Shown here: positions 19,678 to 30,517 of the stretch, one piece after another | How positions within the stretch are numbered: position 1 is the stretch's first letter | How the letters are laid out: each line of letters begins with the position of its first letter | Assembly: GCA_963793265.1 (NCBI GenBank) | Contig: CAWBZI010000002.1 | Coordinates: forward strand, 736,001-800,000 | Length of the DNA: 64,000 nt | Source: an uncultured cyanobacterium | GTDB taxonomy: Bacteria; Cyanobacteriota; Cyanobacteriia; Phormidesmidales; Phormidesmidaceae | Direction of reading: 5' to 3' | Position numbers and translations under genes: made by a program | The notes under the pieces: generated by a model | Seen by the model: only the letters and a program-made list of their open reading frames with translations | Database searches by the model: none | What the model was told of the DNA's origin: nothing

Positions 19678-20402
19678 GACTTTAAATTCATTCGCGCCGC
19701 CACTCGCAAAATCTGACCTGCCAAGATCGCCGCCCCAAACCCATTATCAATATTCACGACTCCAATCCCCGTCGCACAAGAATTCAGCATCGTCAGCAGC
19801 GGCGCTAGCCCGCTAAAGCTCGCCCCATAGCCCACACTCGTCGGCACCGCCACCACCGGACAATCCGCCAATCCTGCCACCACGCTCGGCAAAGCCCCCT
19901 CCATCCCTGCCGCCACAATCAACACATCCGACTCATCAATCACATGCTGATTACTCAGCAGCCGGTGAATACCTGCCACGCCCACATCCCACAGCCGCGT
20001 CACCTCAAAGCCACAGAGTTCCGCCGTCACTGCCGCCTCCTCAGCCACCGGCAAATCAGCAGTCCCCGCTGTCAAAATGCTCAGCCGACCAGGCCGAACC
20101 GGCAAAGGCTCCTGTGGCTGAATTGCACAAATTCGGGCCATTTCAAAATAAGTCACCTGCGGCAGCACCGACTGAATTTGTGCACTCTTTTCCTCATTCA
20201 CCCGCGTCGCCATCACCACCGGATGCTTAGACTCCATCGCCCGCATAATCTCTACAATCTGCGCCGCCGTCTTATCCTGTCCCCAAATCACCTCCGGGAA
20301 GCCAGTACGCGCCGTCCGCGTATGGTCAATTTTGGCAAAGTCACCGACTGACTCGTACTGCTGGACTGAAAGTAATTCACGGGAGGCGTCAGGCTGGATC
20401 AC
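19674..20402 (-). CDS. larB: Nickel pincer cofactor biosynthesis protein LarB (CpmA-like)
   Basis: RTGFPEVI, AGTADLPVAEEA, DVGVAGIHRL, AGMEGALPSVV, VPTSVGYG, VVNIDNGFGA. Confidence 0.93.
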   Translation of the reverse strand: MIQPDASRELLSVQQYESVGDFAKIDHTRTARTGFPEVIWGQDKTAAQIVEIMRAMESKHPVVMATRVNEEKSAQIQSVLPQVTYFEMARICAIQPQEPLPVRPGRLSILTAGTADLPVAEEAAVTAELCGFEVTRLWDVGVAGIHRLLSNQHVIDESDVLIVAAGMEGALPSVVAGLADCPVVAVPTSVGYGASFSGLAPLLTMLNSCATGIGVVNIDNGFGAAILAGQILRVAARMNLKS

Positions 20403-20475
20403 AGAGCTTACAAATCAAAAAAGTTTAACTGTAATAGGCTAACGTGATCTAGTTAGTTTTAGATGGTTTGGTTCT

Positions 20476-21762
20476 ATGCCTGCTGCGCTCGAACCCATAG
20501 ATATTGTGATTTTGTCCAATGGCCCCGGTGAAGTGGCCACCTGGGTAAAGCCGGTAGCGCGATCGCTCCAAACGCAAGCTGCCGCCCAAAAACACAATAT
20601 CCGCCTCTCCGTCATCCTCTCCCCCTGCCCCCACGCCTCTGGACAAGAAGCCACCACCGTCGCTAACTATCCTGAAATCGATCGCGTCCAAAGCGCCAAT
20701 CACTTTTTCAAATTCCTCCTTACGGGTAAGACCGCTGACGGCTGGGACTGGCACCCAAAAGGCATCGTTGTCTTTCTCGGTGGTGACCAGCTCTACACCG
20801 TCCTGGTTGCTAAGCGCCTCGGCTATCGTACTATCACCTACGCAGAATGGGACGCTCGCTGGCCCCAATGGATTGATAGCTTCGGGGCTATGCAGCCTGA
20901 ACTCATCGAAAAAGTCCCGCAGAAGCATCAGCACAAGTTCACTGTCGTTGGCGACTTGATGGCTGACGTACAGGCTACTGCCGATCGCGCGGAAATTACA
21001 GACCGGCTAGGATGCTCGCCAGAGGATGAAATTATTGGATTTTTGCCAGGGTCGAAACCGACCAAGCTGAGTATGGGGGTGCCTTTGCTGCTTGCGATCG
21101 CCCAAACTCTCCACACCCAACGCCCCCAGTCCCAATACGTCATCGGCGTCGCCCCCAACGTCACCCCCGCCGAAATCATGCGCTACACCGACCCAGCGCA
21201 CAATCCGGCCATGGCAATCATCCCCTGCCCCCCAGCCGAACTCATCGAACCCACCTCAGCGCTGCCCTACATTCAAGTTAAAAACGGCCCCAAGATCTTC
21301 CTCTGGCAGTCCTTCCCCGCCCTCGATCTCTTCTCTCAATGCGCCCTCTGCTTCACTACCATCGGCGCAAACACCGCCCAGCTCGGCGCACTTGCTGTCC
21401 CTATGCTCGTACTCATTCCCACCCAGCAAATAGACGGCCTCAGGCTCTTAGATGGCCCGCCAGGTCTACTCGTCAGGCTACCTGGCGTAGATGTCCTCGC
21501 CCGAAAGTTCATCAGTCCGCTGGTTATTAAGGCCGTGCAAAAATCAGGCAGGCTGTTTGCCTGGCCGAACATTTGGGCCAGAAAAGAAGTAGTGCCGGAG
21601 CTACTAGGGCCAATTACGGCTGAAGACGTGAGTGCGATCGCTCAAAACTACCTCACCCACCCCGAAAAACTTGACCACATGCGCCATACCCTTCAAAGCT
21701 TGCGCGGCCCAGCAGGAGCAGCCGACAAAATGGCCAGCCTTATTTTAGAGACGGTATCCTAA
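20476..21762 (+). CDS. Lipid-A-disaccharide synthase-related glycosyltransferase
   Basis: LSNGPGE, FLGGDQ, VGDLMAD, FLPGSK, GANTAQL, FAWPNIWA..EVVPEL. Confidence 0.8.
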   Translation: MPAALEPIDIVILSNGPGEVATWVKPVARSLQTQAAAQKHNIRLSVILSPCPHASGQEATTVANYPEIDRVQSANHFFKFLLTGKTADGWDWHPKGIVVFLGGDQLYTVLVAKRLGYRTITYAEWDARWPQWIDSFGAMQPELIEKVPQKHQHKFTVVGDLMADVQATADRAEITDRLGCSPEDEIIGFLPGSKPTKLSMGVPLLLAIAQTLHTQRPQSQYVIGVAPNVTPAEIMRYTDPAHNPAMAIIPCPPAELIEPTSALPYIQVKNGPKIFLWQSFPALDLFSQCALCFTTIGANTAQLGALAVPMLVLIPTQQIDGLRLLDGPPGLLVRLPGVDVLARKFISPLVIKAVQKSGRLFAWPNIWARKEVVPELLGPITAEDVSAIAQNYLTHPEKLDHMRHTLQSLRGPAGAADKMASLILETVS

Positions 21763-21785
21763 ATAAAACCTCGCCCCGCTCGCCC

Positions 21786-23867
21786 ATGCCTCTCTCCTAT
21801 CCCACCACCCGCACCACCGACACCACCGACACCTACCACGGCATTCAGGTCAGCGACCCCTACCGCTGGCTCGAAGATCCCAACGCCCCCGAAACCGAAG
21901 ACTGGGTACAGGCTCAAAACAAAGTCACCTTTGGCTATCTCAGCAACCTGCCAGGCCGTGACAAAATCAACGCCCGCCTCACCGAACTCTGGGACTACGA
22001 ACGCTACGGCATCCCTTTCAAACAGGGCGATAGCGAAAGCGCTGACCATCCGGTTCGCTACTTCTACTACAAAAACAACGGCCTTCAAAACCAATCCGTC
22101 CTCTACACCCAGCCCACCCTCGACGCCGAACCCACCGTCCTTCTAGACCCCAACACCCTCTCCGAAGACGGCACCGTCGCCCTCTCCGGCATCTCCATCA
22201 GCGAAAACGGCCAGTACCTCGCCTACGGCCTTTCCACCGCAGGCTCCGACTGGATGGAATGGAAAGTTCGCAACATCGAAACCGGCGAAGACACCGATGA
22301 CCTCGTGCAGTGGGTCAAATTCTCCGGCGCATCTTGGACACACGATCACAAAGGCTTCTTCTACAGCCGCTACGACGAGCCCAAAGAAAACACCAAGCTA
22401 GAAGACGTTAACCGCTACCAAAAGCTCTACTACCACACCCTCGGCACCCCTCAAGCCGAAGACACGCTGATTTATGAACGCGCTGATCAGCCCGACTGGG
22501 GATTTGGCGCTGGCGTCACCGAAGACGGCGGCTATTTAATCATCTCTGTATGGCTTGGCACCTCTCCTCAAAATCTGTTGTTCTACAAAGATCTGAAGAA
22601 TCCTGAGAGTGAAGTTGTTGAACTTATCTCAGAGTTTGAAGCGCAATACAGCATGATCGATAACGAAGGCCCTGTCTTCTGGTTTCAAACCGATCTCGAT
22701 GCGCCTAAAGGAAAGGTGATCGCCATCGATATTACCGATCCAGATCGCACAAACTGGAAGACCATCATTCCCGAGGTAGAAGAGACTTTAGAATCTGTTG
22801 GCCTGATCAACAATCAGTTTGTTGCCGACTACATCAAAGACGCCTACACACAAATAAAAATCTTTGACCTAGCAGGCACCTTCGTCCGTGAGGTAGAGTT
22901 ACCCGGCATCGGCTCAGCAGGCGGCTTCGACGGCAAACGCATGGACACCGAAACCTTCTACAGCTTCACTAGCTTCACCGTCCCAAGCCGCATCTACCGC
23001 TACAACCTCCTCACAGGCGAAAGCACACTCTTCCGCGAGCCCAACATTCCTTTTGACCCCGACGCCTATGAAACCAAGCAAGTCTTCTACCCCAGCAAAG
23101 ACGGCACCAAAATCCCAATGTTCATCACCGCTAAAAAAGGATTGGAACTCAATGGTGAAAATCCAGCGCTGCTCTATGGCTACGGTGGCTTCAACATCTC
23201 GCTTACCCCTAGCTTCTCAATCAGCACTTTAGTCTGGTTAGAGATGGGCGGCGTCTATGCTGTTGCAAATCTTCGTGGCGGTGGTGAATATGGGGAAGCT
23301 TGGCACCAGGCAGGCATTAAAACGAGCAAACAGAACGTATTTGATGACTTTATTAGCGCGGGTGAGTGGCTGATAGAAGAGAAGTATACGAAGGCTGAGA
23401 AACTGGCGATCGCAGGCGGCAGCAACGGCGGTCTTCTCGTCGGAGCCTGTATCACCCAGCGCCCCGATCTCTTCGGCGCAGCCCTCCCCGCAGTCGGCGT
23501 TCTAGACATGCTTCGCTTCAACCAGTTCACCATCGGCTGGGCCTGGGAATCCGACTATGGCTCTCCGGCAAACGAAGACGAATTCAAAGCCCTCTACGCC
23601 TACTCCCCCCTGCACAACCTTAAGCCCGGCACAGAATATCCACCTACGATGATCACCACCGCTGACCACGACGATCGCGTAGTTCCAGCCCACAGCTTCA
23701 AGTTTGCCGCTGCCTTGCAAGCTGCGCACACGGGAGACAATCCTGTGCTTATCCGCATCGAAACTAAAGCAGGTCACGGCGCAGGCAAGCCGACCACTAA
23801 GCAAATCGAAGAGGCCACCGATAAGTGGGCCTTTCTAGCGCATGAGCTGGGCGTCTCGGTTGAATAA
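21786..23867 (+). CDS. Prolyl oligopeptidase (S9A)
   Basis: DPYRWLED, YGYGGF, RGGGEYG, GGSNGG, DHDDRV, AGHG catalytic triad motifs. Confidence 0.96.
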   Translation: MPLSYPTTRTTDTTDTYHGIQVSDPYRWLEDPNAPETEDWVQAQNKVTFGYLSNLPGRDKINARLTELWDYERYGIPFKQGDSESADHPVRYFYYKNNGLQNQSVLYTQPTLDAEPTVLLDPNTLSEDGTVALSGISISENGQYLAYGLSTAGSDWMEWKVRNIETGEDTDDLVQWVKFSGASWTHDHKGFFYSRYDEPKENTKLEDVNRYQKLYYHTLGTPQAEDTLIYERADQPDWGFGAGVTEDGGYLIISVWLGTSPQNLLFYKDLKNPESEVVELISEFEAQYSMIDNEGPVFWFQTDLDAPKGKVIAIDITDPDRTNWKTIIPEVEETLESVGLINNQFVADYIKDAYTQIKIFDLAGTFVREVELPGIGSAGGFDGKRMDTETFYSFTSFTVPSRIYRYNLLTGESTLFREPNIPFDPDAYETKQVFYPSKDGTKIPMFITAKKGLELNGENPALLYGYGGFNISLTPSFSISTLVWLEMGGVYAVANLRGGGEYGEAWHQAGIKTSKQNVFDDFISAGEWLIEEKYTKAEKLAIAGGSNGGLLVGACITQRPDLFGAALPAVGVLDMLRFNQFTIGWAWESDYGSPANEDEFKALYAYSPLHNLKPGTEYPPTMITTADHDDRVVPAHSFKFAAALQAAHTGDNPVLIRIETKAGHGAGKPTTKQIEEATDKWAFLAHELGVSVE

Positions 23868-23922
23868 TGGCCAACAAGCACTAGAATGACTAAAACACCT
23901 GTACTTCCATTTGGCTCTACCG

Positions 23923-24912
23923 ATGGTCGCCTCGCCTACTCGCAAAAGCACTCAGTCCAAAGCCCAATCTAAGGCTCAAGCCGATACTAAGTCGGATGCT
24001 GAGTCCAAATCCCGCGTAGTCAATAGGCCAGAAGTCGTCTGGGAAAAGCTGCCTGAAGACTTCATCCTTCCTGACGATCCTGTGGATAATATCAACCAGC
24101 CTGCGATCGCCGCTGCCCTCACTGACAGTCTTAGCCAGTCCGGCTACCTCTCAGAGACAGCGGCCACGACAACCAACTACGGCATCTGCGCCAAGGTCGA
24201 AGGAAAAACGGTCGTTAAGGCTCCTGACTGGTCATGGATTCCAGCCATTTCCGTGCCCAAATCAGAAGTTGAACGCAGCTACACACCCATGCTCGAAGGC
24301 GATATTCCCCTCGTCGTCATGGAATTTCTTTCCGAGACAGAAGGCGGCGAATACTCCATCAAGCCTAGCTATCCGCCTGGTAAGTGGTTCTACTACGAAC
24401 GTGTGCTCCAAGTTCCTAACTACGTCATCTTTGATCTGAAAAGCGGAGCTATTGAGTTCTATCGATTTGATGAAAGGGGCCTTTATAAGCCTCAAGAATC
24501 TGATGAGGATGGGCGATACTGGTTGCCAGAAGCCAGCCTATTTCTAGGCTTGTGGGATGGTAGCCGTCACGGGCGTTCTGGCCTTTGGCTGCGGTGGTGG
24601 GACGCCGATGGGAAAATGCTGCTGTGGGGACAGGAAGCGGCTGAGCTAGAACGGCAGCAAACGCAGCAGGCGCAGCAACAGGCTGAGCAGGAGCGTCAGA
24701 GGGCCGAGCAAGAGCGTCAGAAGGCCGAGCAGGCGCAGCAACAAGCTGAGCAAGAGCGTCAGAAGGCTGACCAATCGGAGCAAAGGGCTGATAAGGCTGA
24801 GCAGACTCAGGTAAAGGCGATCGCAAAACTCATTGACCTCGGTTTGAGCGTTAAGCAAGTAGCCGATACACTGGGCCTATCGGTTAAAAAAGTGCAGAAC
24901 TTGCTGAAATGA
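23923..24912 (+). CDS. Uma2-like endonuclease with C-terminal Q/E/R coiled-coil repeats
   Basis: LPDDPVDN, KAPDW, VMEFLS, YYERVLQVPNY, WLRWWD; tail repeats AEQERQ(R/K). Confidence 0.85.
   Translation: MVASPTRKSTQSKAQSKAQADTKSDAESKSRVVNRPEVVWEKLPEDFILPDDPVDNINQPAIAAALTDSLSQSGYLSETAATTTNYGICAKVEGKTVVKAPDWSWIPAISVPKSEVERSYTPMLEGDIPLVVMEFLSETEGGEYSIKPSYPPGKWFYYERVLQVPNYVIFDLKSGAIEFYRFDERGLYKPQESDEDGRYWLPEASLFLGLWDGSRHGRSGLWLRWWDADGKMLLWGQEAAELERQQTQQAQQQAEQERQRAEQERQKAEQAQQQAEQERQKADQSEQRADKAEQTQVKAIAKLIDLGLSVKQVADTLGLSVKKVQNLLK
24650..24810 (+). repeat. Coding tandem repeat (AEQERQ / AQQQ units)
   Basis: Repeated GCTGAGCA(G/A)GAGCGTCAGA units. Confidence 0.8.
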
Positions 24913-25274
24913 CAAACGCCCAACCCGCGCCCCAACCTACCTTGAAAGAAACGAACGTAGAGGTTTTAGCTCAACGGCTCGCCACCGACCCAGAGGCGCT
25001 TCAGCTCATAGACGTGCGCGAGCCCCATGAGATAGAAATTGCGAGTGTACCTAATTTCATTAACCTACCGCTTAGCCAGTTTCCAGCTTGGGCACCCACA
25101 ATCAGCACTCAGTTCGATCCAAATGCCGAAACCATTGTGATGTGCCATTTAGGAATGCGTTCGGCCCAAATGTGTCAGTGGCTCATGGATCAGGGGTTTA
25201 CGGATGTTAAAAATCTATCAGGCGGCATTGATGCCTACAGCCGCCTAATTGACCGATCTATACCCATCTACTAA
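24909..25274 (+). CDS. Rhodanese-like domain protein
   Basis: LIDVREPHE, CHLGMRS, NLSGGIDAY. Confidence 0.92.
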   Translation: MTNAQPAPQPTLKETNVEVLAQRLATDPEALQLIDVREPHEIEIASVPNFINLPLSQFPAWAPTISTQFDPNAETIVMCHLGMRSAQMCQWLMDQGFTDVKNLSGGIDAYSRLIDRSIPIY

Positions 25275-25325
25275 CGCCTTAGCAGCTTAGAAAACTAAAG
25301 CCAGCCGATAAACAGCTTTAGCGCC

Positions 25326-27008
25326 ATGTCAAAGGCCGAACAATCTTCAGAACAGCATTCAGGCACAGCCCTAACCGACTACCGCTTACTCAAGCTAGTC
25401 GGCCAGGGTCAGTTTGCTCAAGTATATTTCGCGATTCATCGGCACACTGGGCAGCTAGCTGCCATCAAACAAACGCGCCACGCCCCCCAGCAGGCGTCTC
25501 AAGAGCCGTTTATTCTCGCTGAAATTCACCACCCAAACTTAGTCAACTGCCGCGCCATTGTTCAAACCGATCAAGGCTATCGGTTTGTATTGGAATATTG
25601 CGAAGGCGGCACCTTGCGATCGCACCTCACCGCCCAACTCACCGCCGCAGCTCCGCTCGCTTCCACCCAAACCAAATCTCTCATCACCAACATCCTTCAG
25701 GGCCTCAGCTACCTTCACCAGCAGGGCATTATCCACAACGACCTCAAGCCCGAAAACATTCTCCTCACCCATTCCGAGCAACCGTTGGATTCTAAAAGAT
25801 ACTCAATAGAAGCCAAAATTGGTGACTTCGGCAGCGCTCGCTTCATCAAATTTCCTAGCCGCTCCCATCGTGAAATTGGCTCTCCTACCTACGCTGCCCC
25901 CGAACGCTTCAACGGTCAGTCCTCCATCGCCTCAGACCTCTACTCAGTCGGCGTCATTACCTACGAAATGCTGCTAGGCGATCGCCCTTTCTCCGGCTCC
26001 CCTTCTGCCCTTCTCCAAGCCCACCAACACCAACCTATCCCTCTACCTGACACGCTCTCTCCCGCCCTCCGACATTTCTTTTCCACCGCCCTACACAAGC
26101 AGCCAGAACACCGATTTCCGAGTGCCAACGCCATGCTTGCAGCCTTGCATTCCTGCCATTTCACGCACCAAGCAACAATTCAAGCAGCAACAATTCCTAC
26201 TGCCTCTGTCAGCCAAACGCTCTTGACTTTCCACACGATAGATATTCTCGATACTGTTGAAGAATTAATAGCCGTACCCCAAGGTTGTTATATCGTTACT
26301 CAAAAATCTCTTCACTTCATAAGCCATAAACAACAGCTATCAGCCCTAGATAGGTTCAAAGAAAACGTATGGACGGCAATAGATCCTTACGGCAACTGGT
26401 TTGTTACGCTACCTCACCAGCCGGGGCAAGCGCAATTTTATAGTTTTTGCGCTGGGAAAGCCCAGAACCCGAAGCCAATTTCTTTAACCAGCTCGCTCCG
26501 TACAGCCTTGCGATCTAAAGTTGTTCAACTCCTTGCAGTCAGCTCTCGCCACCTGATCAAGATCCGTGCCTCTCAAAGCCGTCCTAAAACTTACTTTGAA
26601 TTATTCACCCGTAAAGGCCAACTGCTCGGACAGCTTACTGCCAACTTATCGATAGCCCAAGCAGTGCTCACGGCTATTCCATACCAACTCATTGCCCGCA
26701 CGGCTGCGAGTAAGTCAGCCGAATCTGAAGTTGTTCTAATTACCTTAAATCCCTTTCAAATTAAGCACTTAGGCTATCAACAGCCACAGCAAATAAGCAC
26801 CCTACCTTGGGGTAATATTATCGGCTTTCAACACCATTCTCTCTTACTTGATCGCTCTGCTGATCCTGTTAGCGCCCTGAGCGGACTGCCGCCGTATAGC
26901 GCGATCGCTTCACTGGGCGATCGCAACCTTCTAATAGCAACCACCAGCAGCCCACCCACTCTACTAACAGCCGACCTCAAAGAAATAGACCTCGGACTAA
27001 TCTTCTAG
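25326..27008 (+). CDS. Serine/threonine protein kinase
   Basis: GQGQFAQVY, AIK, HNDLKPEN, DFG, APE, DLYSVG. Confidence 0.92.
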   Translation: MSKAEQSSEQHSGTALTDYRLLKLVGQGQFAQVYFAIHRHTGQLAAIKQTRHAPQQASQEPFILAEIHHPNLVNCRAIVQTDQGYRFVLEYCEGGTLRSHLTAQLTAAAPLASTQTKSLITNILQGLSYLHQQGIIHNDLKPENILLTHSEQPLDSKRYSIEAKIGDFGSARFIKFPSRSHREIGSPTYAAPERFNGQSSIASDLYSVGVITYEMLLGDRPFSGSPSALLQAHQHQPIPLPDTLSPALRHFFSTALHKQPEHRFPSANAMLAALHSCHFTHQATIQAATIPTASVSQTLLTFHTIDILDTVEELIAVPQGCYIVTQKSLHFISHKQQLSALDRFKENVWTAIDPYGNWFVTLPHQPGQAQFYSFCAGKAQNPKPISLTSSLRTALRSKVVQLLAVSSRHLIKIRASQSRPKTYFELFTRKGQLLGQLTANLSIAQAVLTAIPYQLIARTAASKSAESEVVLITLNPFQIKHLGYQQPQQISTLPWGNIIGFQHHSLLLDRSADPVSALSGLPPYSAIASLGDRNLLIATTSSPPTLLTADLKEIDLGLIF

Positions 27009-28663
27009 CGAATATACTCCACACGAGCATCTAGATCATAGTCTTCCAACAATCGCTGCCGATCCTCCGCCTCGTCTTCAGTCGGGAAAGCCCCCACCTG
27101 CATCACCGTTCTCCCCTCAAACTGAGTCCGAAAGGCATCCGGCACCACCGACCGCACTTCATCTTGCATGAAAGGATCAGATGCATTGACAAACACTCGG
27201 TAGTAAAGCCCCAAAGCCTGAGCCCGAGACGGCGGCGCAGGTGGAGAGCCTACCCCACCCCTCGGCGGTGAAAAGATTGTTCCCGAGCCGCCGCCGATTG
27301 GAATACTGCTGTTAGGAACTGCCAAGCGATTGTTGTTGCTCGGTGGTGCGGGTCTTGATTCAGGTCGGCTAGGCGATCGCCCAGGTCTATTCTCAGGCTC
27401 ACGATCGGGGCGAGGATTACGAATGCGACGGGGCCTAATTGTAGGAGAATCATCTCTCGCATCGCTGGCAGCTCTAGATGCCGCAATCGGAACGCCAGAA
27501 CTCAAAGCACTAGAACTTTCACCACCAGCATTCGGAGTCCCCGCACGTAAAGCCGCCAGCGCTGCACCCGGAGCCCCAGCCTGCGGTTCAGAAGTCGAGG
27601 CTTGGGCGATAACCTCAACTTCCTGAAAATCTGTCTCCTCAAGCGCTTCCACGCTATCTGGCTCTATCGCTGGCTCCGGCTCTTCAAAAGCTGCAAGCGT
27701 CGCAGATGCCTCGTCTGACACCGCACCAGGCCAAGGCTCTTTTTCAAATATTTCTTCATCTGCCAAAACAGTCGAAGACATGATGTCTCGAGTTCTGGCT
27801 GAAACTGCCACCACATCATCACGACGGTTTCCCACAACTCTGTTGTCACGCACAATTGGGCTAGCATCCCCAATCAGCACCAAGCTAGCATCGTTGTTGG
27901 TCATGCTGTTACCGACAATTTCAGGCGTCGCGCCATCTACCACTCGAATAGCGTCTCCTGTGCTATCGAACGTATTGCCGTGAATAGTGGCACTAGAAAC
28001 GCCAAAAACAATCATCCCAGCAACTTTGTTGCCCGAAAAAAAGCTGCCCTGCACCCGAGGCGAACTGTCTGTTACATAGATACCGGCCCGGCGGCTACCG
28101 ACAAACGCGCTCTCTATAATAGTGGGACTGGCAGACTCAACCCAAAGGCCGTATCCATCAGGGTTGGAAACGGCAACTTGGGCAATACCGGCTCTATCGG
28201 CGGCAACAATCGTTGCGTTCTGTTGCGATCGCGTCGCACTCTCAAACTCACCGCCCCCTTGAATAATCGCCGTGCGATTACCCGAACCCGGTGTGCCCTG
28301 AATCGTCACACCCGGCTTCAGTTGCAGTGGAAACACCTCGCCCGAAGCCTGCGTATAAAGCCCTGGTGCTAACACAATCACCGTATTTGGAGAAGCGACT
28401 TCCAACGCGTGTGTCACCGTTTGTAGGGGCTGACTCTCTAAGCCTTCAGCGCGATCGCTACCCGCCGCCGCATTCACAAAAATCGTCTGAATCTCAGCTT
28501 GAGCCGAAGCAATCGTTTGAGTCGTTTCAAAACTTCCAGCCTGCCCAGCCGCTGCTCTTTGCTGCTGCGCTTGCACCTCGCCTGCCGCACCAAAAAATAC
28601 CGCACCAGCTACCAAAGCCGCCGCCACCTGAGAATATCCTGCAAACATACGTTGATTCAGCAT
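27005..28663 (-). CDS. DUF1565 beta-helix secreted protein with C-terminal SPOR-like domain
   Basis: Signal peptide; LAPGLYTQASGEVFPL; parallel beta-helix repeats; C-terminal YRVFV...VPDAF...MQVGAF. Confidence 0.82.
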   Translation of the reverse strand: MLNQRMFAGYSQVAAALVAGAVFFGAAGEVQAQQQRAAAGQAGSFETTQTIASAQAEIQTIFVNAAAGSDRAEGLESQPLQTVTHALEVASPNTVIVLAPGLYTQASGEVFPLQLKPGVTIQGTPGSGNRTAIIQGGGEFESATRSQQNATIVAADRAGIAQVAVSNPDGYGLWVESASPTIIESAFVGSRRAGIYVTDSSPRVQGSFFSGNKVAGMIVFGVSSATIHGNTFDSTGDAIRVVDGATPEIVGNSMTNNDASLVLIGDASPIVRDNRVVGNRRDDVVAVSARTRDIMSSTVLADEEIFEKEPWPGAVSDEASATLAAFEEPEPAIEPDSVEALEETDFQEVEVIAQASTSEPQAGAPGAALAALRAGTPNAGGESSSALSSGVPIAASRAASDARDDSPTIRPRRIRNPRPDREPENRPGRSPSRPESRPAPPSNNNRLAVPNSSIPIGGGSGTIFSPPRGGVGSPPAPPSRAQALGLYYRVFVNASDPFMQDEVRSVVPDAFRTQFEGRTVMQVGAFPTEDEAEDRQRLLEDYDLDARVEYIR

Positions 28664-28686
28664 GGGAAATACACCTCCGCCTTAGC

Positions 28687-28722
28687 GAAATAAGCCCTGA
28701 AATAAGCCCTGAAATAAGCCCT
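28687..28722. repeat. Perfect 12-bp tandem repeat x3 (GAAATAAGCCCT)
   Basis: Copies at 28687, 28699 and 28711, just upstream of the DUF1565 gene start. Confidence 0.95.
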
Positions 28723-29041
28723 GGGAAGAACCGACAGAACATGCGTCAACAGGGCAAGACGCATCAAGGAAAATTATCGTAAGTTGCCTGTGTGAAATAT
28801 GCGACTTTATACCTAAGCTTGTCAAGCCCGCCGATGTCTGATAAGTCACGTCTAAGCCATAGCAGCGTCACATCCAGCTCAGTCGCACCACCAAAAACAA
28901 CCCGTCACCTCACACACTTTTGACATATCAAACTTTTCGCATATAAAGTCTTCCCATCCAGCACTGCAAAACGTTATCAGGCCAAAATACCGTACGAAAT
29001 ATTGCTATGACTATGGGAGACAAACACAGCCCTACCCGCAT

Positions 29042-30139
29042 ATGACCATACCGAGTAACCTATCCGACCAGCGCATCCTCTTCCGTATCCTGGATGCCAA
29101 CCTTGATCGCGCTCGCGAAGGCATCCGCACGGTTGAAGAATGGTGTCGCTTTGGCCTTAACGACGAAGCCACCACCGCCCAGCTCAAAGATCTGCGTCAG
29201 GGCATCGCTCACTGGCACACCCCCGAAATTCGCCTCGCTCGCGACACCCCTGGCGACTTAGGCACTGCGCTCACCCATCCGCAAGAATCTACCCGCAGCG
29301 ATGTCACCGAAATTTTGCAGGTAAACTTCGCTCGTATTCAAGAAGCCCTGCGAGTCTTAGAAGAGTACGGCAAGCTACATAGCCTTGAAATGGCTGCTGC
29401 TTTCAAGCAAATGCGCTACAAAATCTACACGCTTGATAGTCAGATTGTCGGGCCGTTACTGGCGAAAGCAGATCGTTCATCTGATCAAAAGCAGTCTCGT
29501 CACCAACAGCTTATGCAGGCGCGCACTTACCTAGTCACCTCACCAGTGCCAGGCCCCATTGAAAACTTTCTTAGCGTTATAGAAGCCGCGCTTAAAGGCG
29601 GAATTGCGATCGTTCAATACCGTGAAAAAACAGCCGACGACAGCACTCGCCTTGAGATTGCCAAACGAATGCGATCACTCTGCCACCAGTACAACGCCCT
29701 TTTCATCGTCAACGACCGGGTAGACATTGCCGCTGCTGCTGGTGCTGACGGCGTTCACTTAGGCCAGCACGATCTGCCTATGGACATCGCCCGCAAAATC
29801 CTCGGCCCCAATAAAATCGTCGGTCGCTCCACCACTAACCCTGACGAACTCAAACGCGCCCTCGACGAAAAAGCCGACTACATCGGCGTCGGCCCCGTCC
29901 ACGAAACCCCAACTAAACCCGGCAAATCAGCCTCCGGCAACGAATACGTCCGTTACGCCGCCCAGCACGCCACCATGCCCTGGTTCACCATCGGCGGCCT
30001 GAATGCTGAGAACTTAGGCCCCACCCTTGCAGCCGGTGCCACCCGAGTCGCCGTCGTTAGAGCCCTCATGCAGGCCGATGACCCTACTGCGATCGCACAA
30101 TCTCTCGTTCAGCAAACCCAACAGGCCCAACCCATCTAA
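29042..30139 (+). CDS. thiE: Thiamine phosphate synthase (cyanobacterial long form)
   Basis: RILDANLDRAREG N-domain; VQYREK, NDRVD, GVHLGQ, TPTKP. Confidence 0.95.
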   Translation: MTIPSNLSDQRILFRILDANLDRAREGIRTVEEWCRFGLNDEATTAQLKDLRQGIAHWHTPEIRLARDTPGDLGTALTHPQESTRSDVTEILQVNFARIQEALRVLEEYGKLHSLEMAAAFKQMRYKIYTLDSQIVGPLLAKADRSSDQKQSRHQQLMQARTYLVTSPVPGPIENFLSVIEAALKGGIAIVQYREKTADDSTRLEIAKRMRSLCHQYNALFIVNDRVDIAAAAGADGVHLGQHDLPMDIARKILGPNKIVGRSTTNPDELKRALDEKADYIGVGPVHETPTKPGKSASGNEYVRYAAQHATMPWFTIGGLNAENLGPTLAAGATRVAVVRALMQADDPTAIAQSLVQQTQQAQPI

Positions 30140-30169
30140 AATTAGAGCGAACCGAACCGAACAATCCGC

Positions 30170-30391
30170 ATGAACAATCTGTCAGGCACCATTGAACTCC
30201 AGGTCAACGGTGAAACCAAAAGCTGCCCCGTAGGCACCCACCTACCCGATTTCTTAACTCAGGTAGGACTCAACCCCAAGCTGATTGCAGTTGAATACAA
30301 CGGCGAAATCCTGGCGCGATCGCTATGGCAAACCACACAGCTTCAGCCCGACGACCAGCTCGAAGTCGTCACTATCGTTGGCGGTGGCTAG
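30170..30391 (+). CDS. thiS: Sulfur carrier protein ThiS
   Basis: VNGE, AVEYNGEI, C-terminal VGGG; follows thiE. Confidence 0.94.
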   Translation: MNNLSGTIELQVNGETKSCPVGTHLPDFLTQVGLNPKLIAVEYNGEILARSLWQTTQLQPDDQLEVVTIVGGG

Positions 30392-30517
30392 ATCATAAAA
30401 GAGTACGGCAATCCCGCCCTTTTGGTAGAGCCCGCAACCGTGATCGCGTCTTATAAAAGCGTTAAAGTAGGTACAAATCTAAAACCAAAACAAAAGAGAG
30501 CGCGTCAACAACCCATC

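Noticed and set aside
24650..24810. Possible CRISPR-like repeats
   Set aside because: In-frame coding repeats of a coiled-coil tail, with no unique spacers
28291..28782. 163-aa ORF containing EISP repeats
   Set aside because: Mostly antisense to the DUF1565 gene; the repeat is simply the 12-bp DNA repeat
28780..29041. TPP riboswitch upstream of thiE-thiS
   Set aside because: The conserved CTGAGA and downstream core motifs are not visible on the + strand
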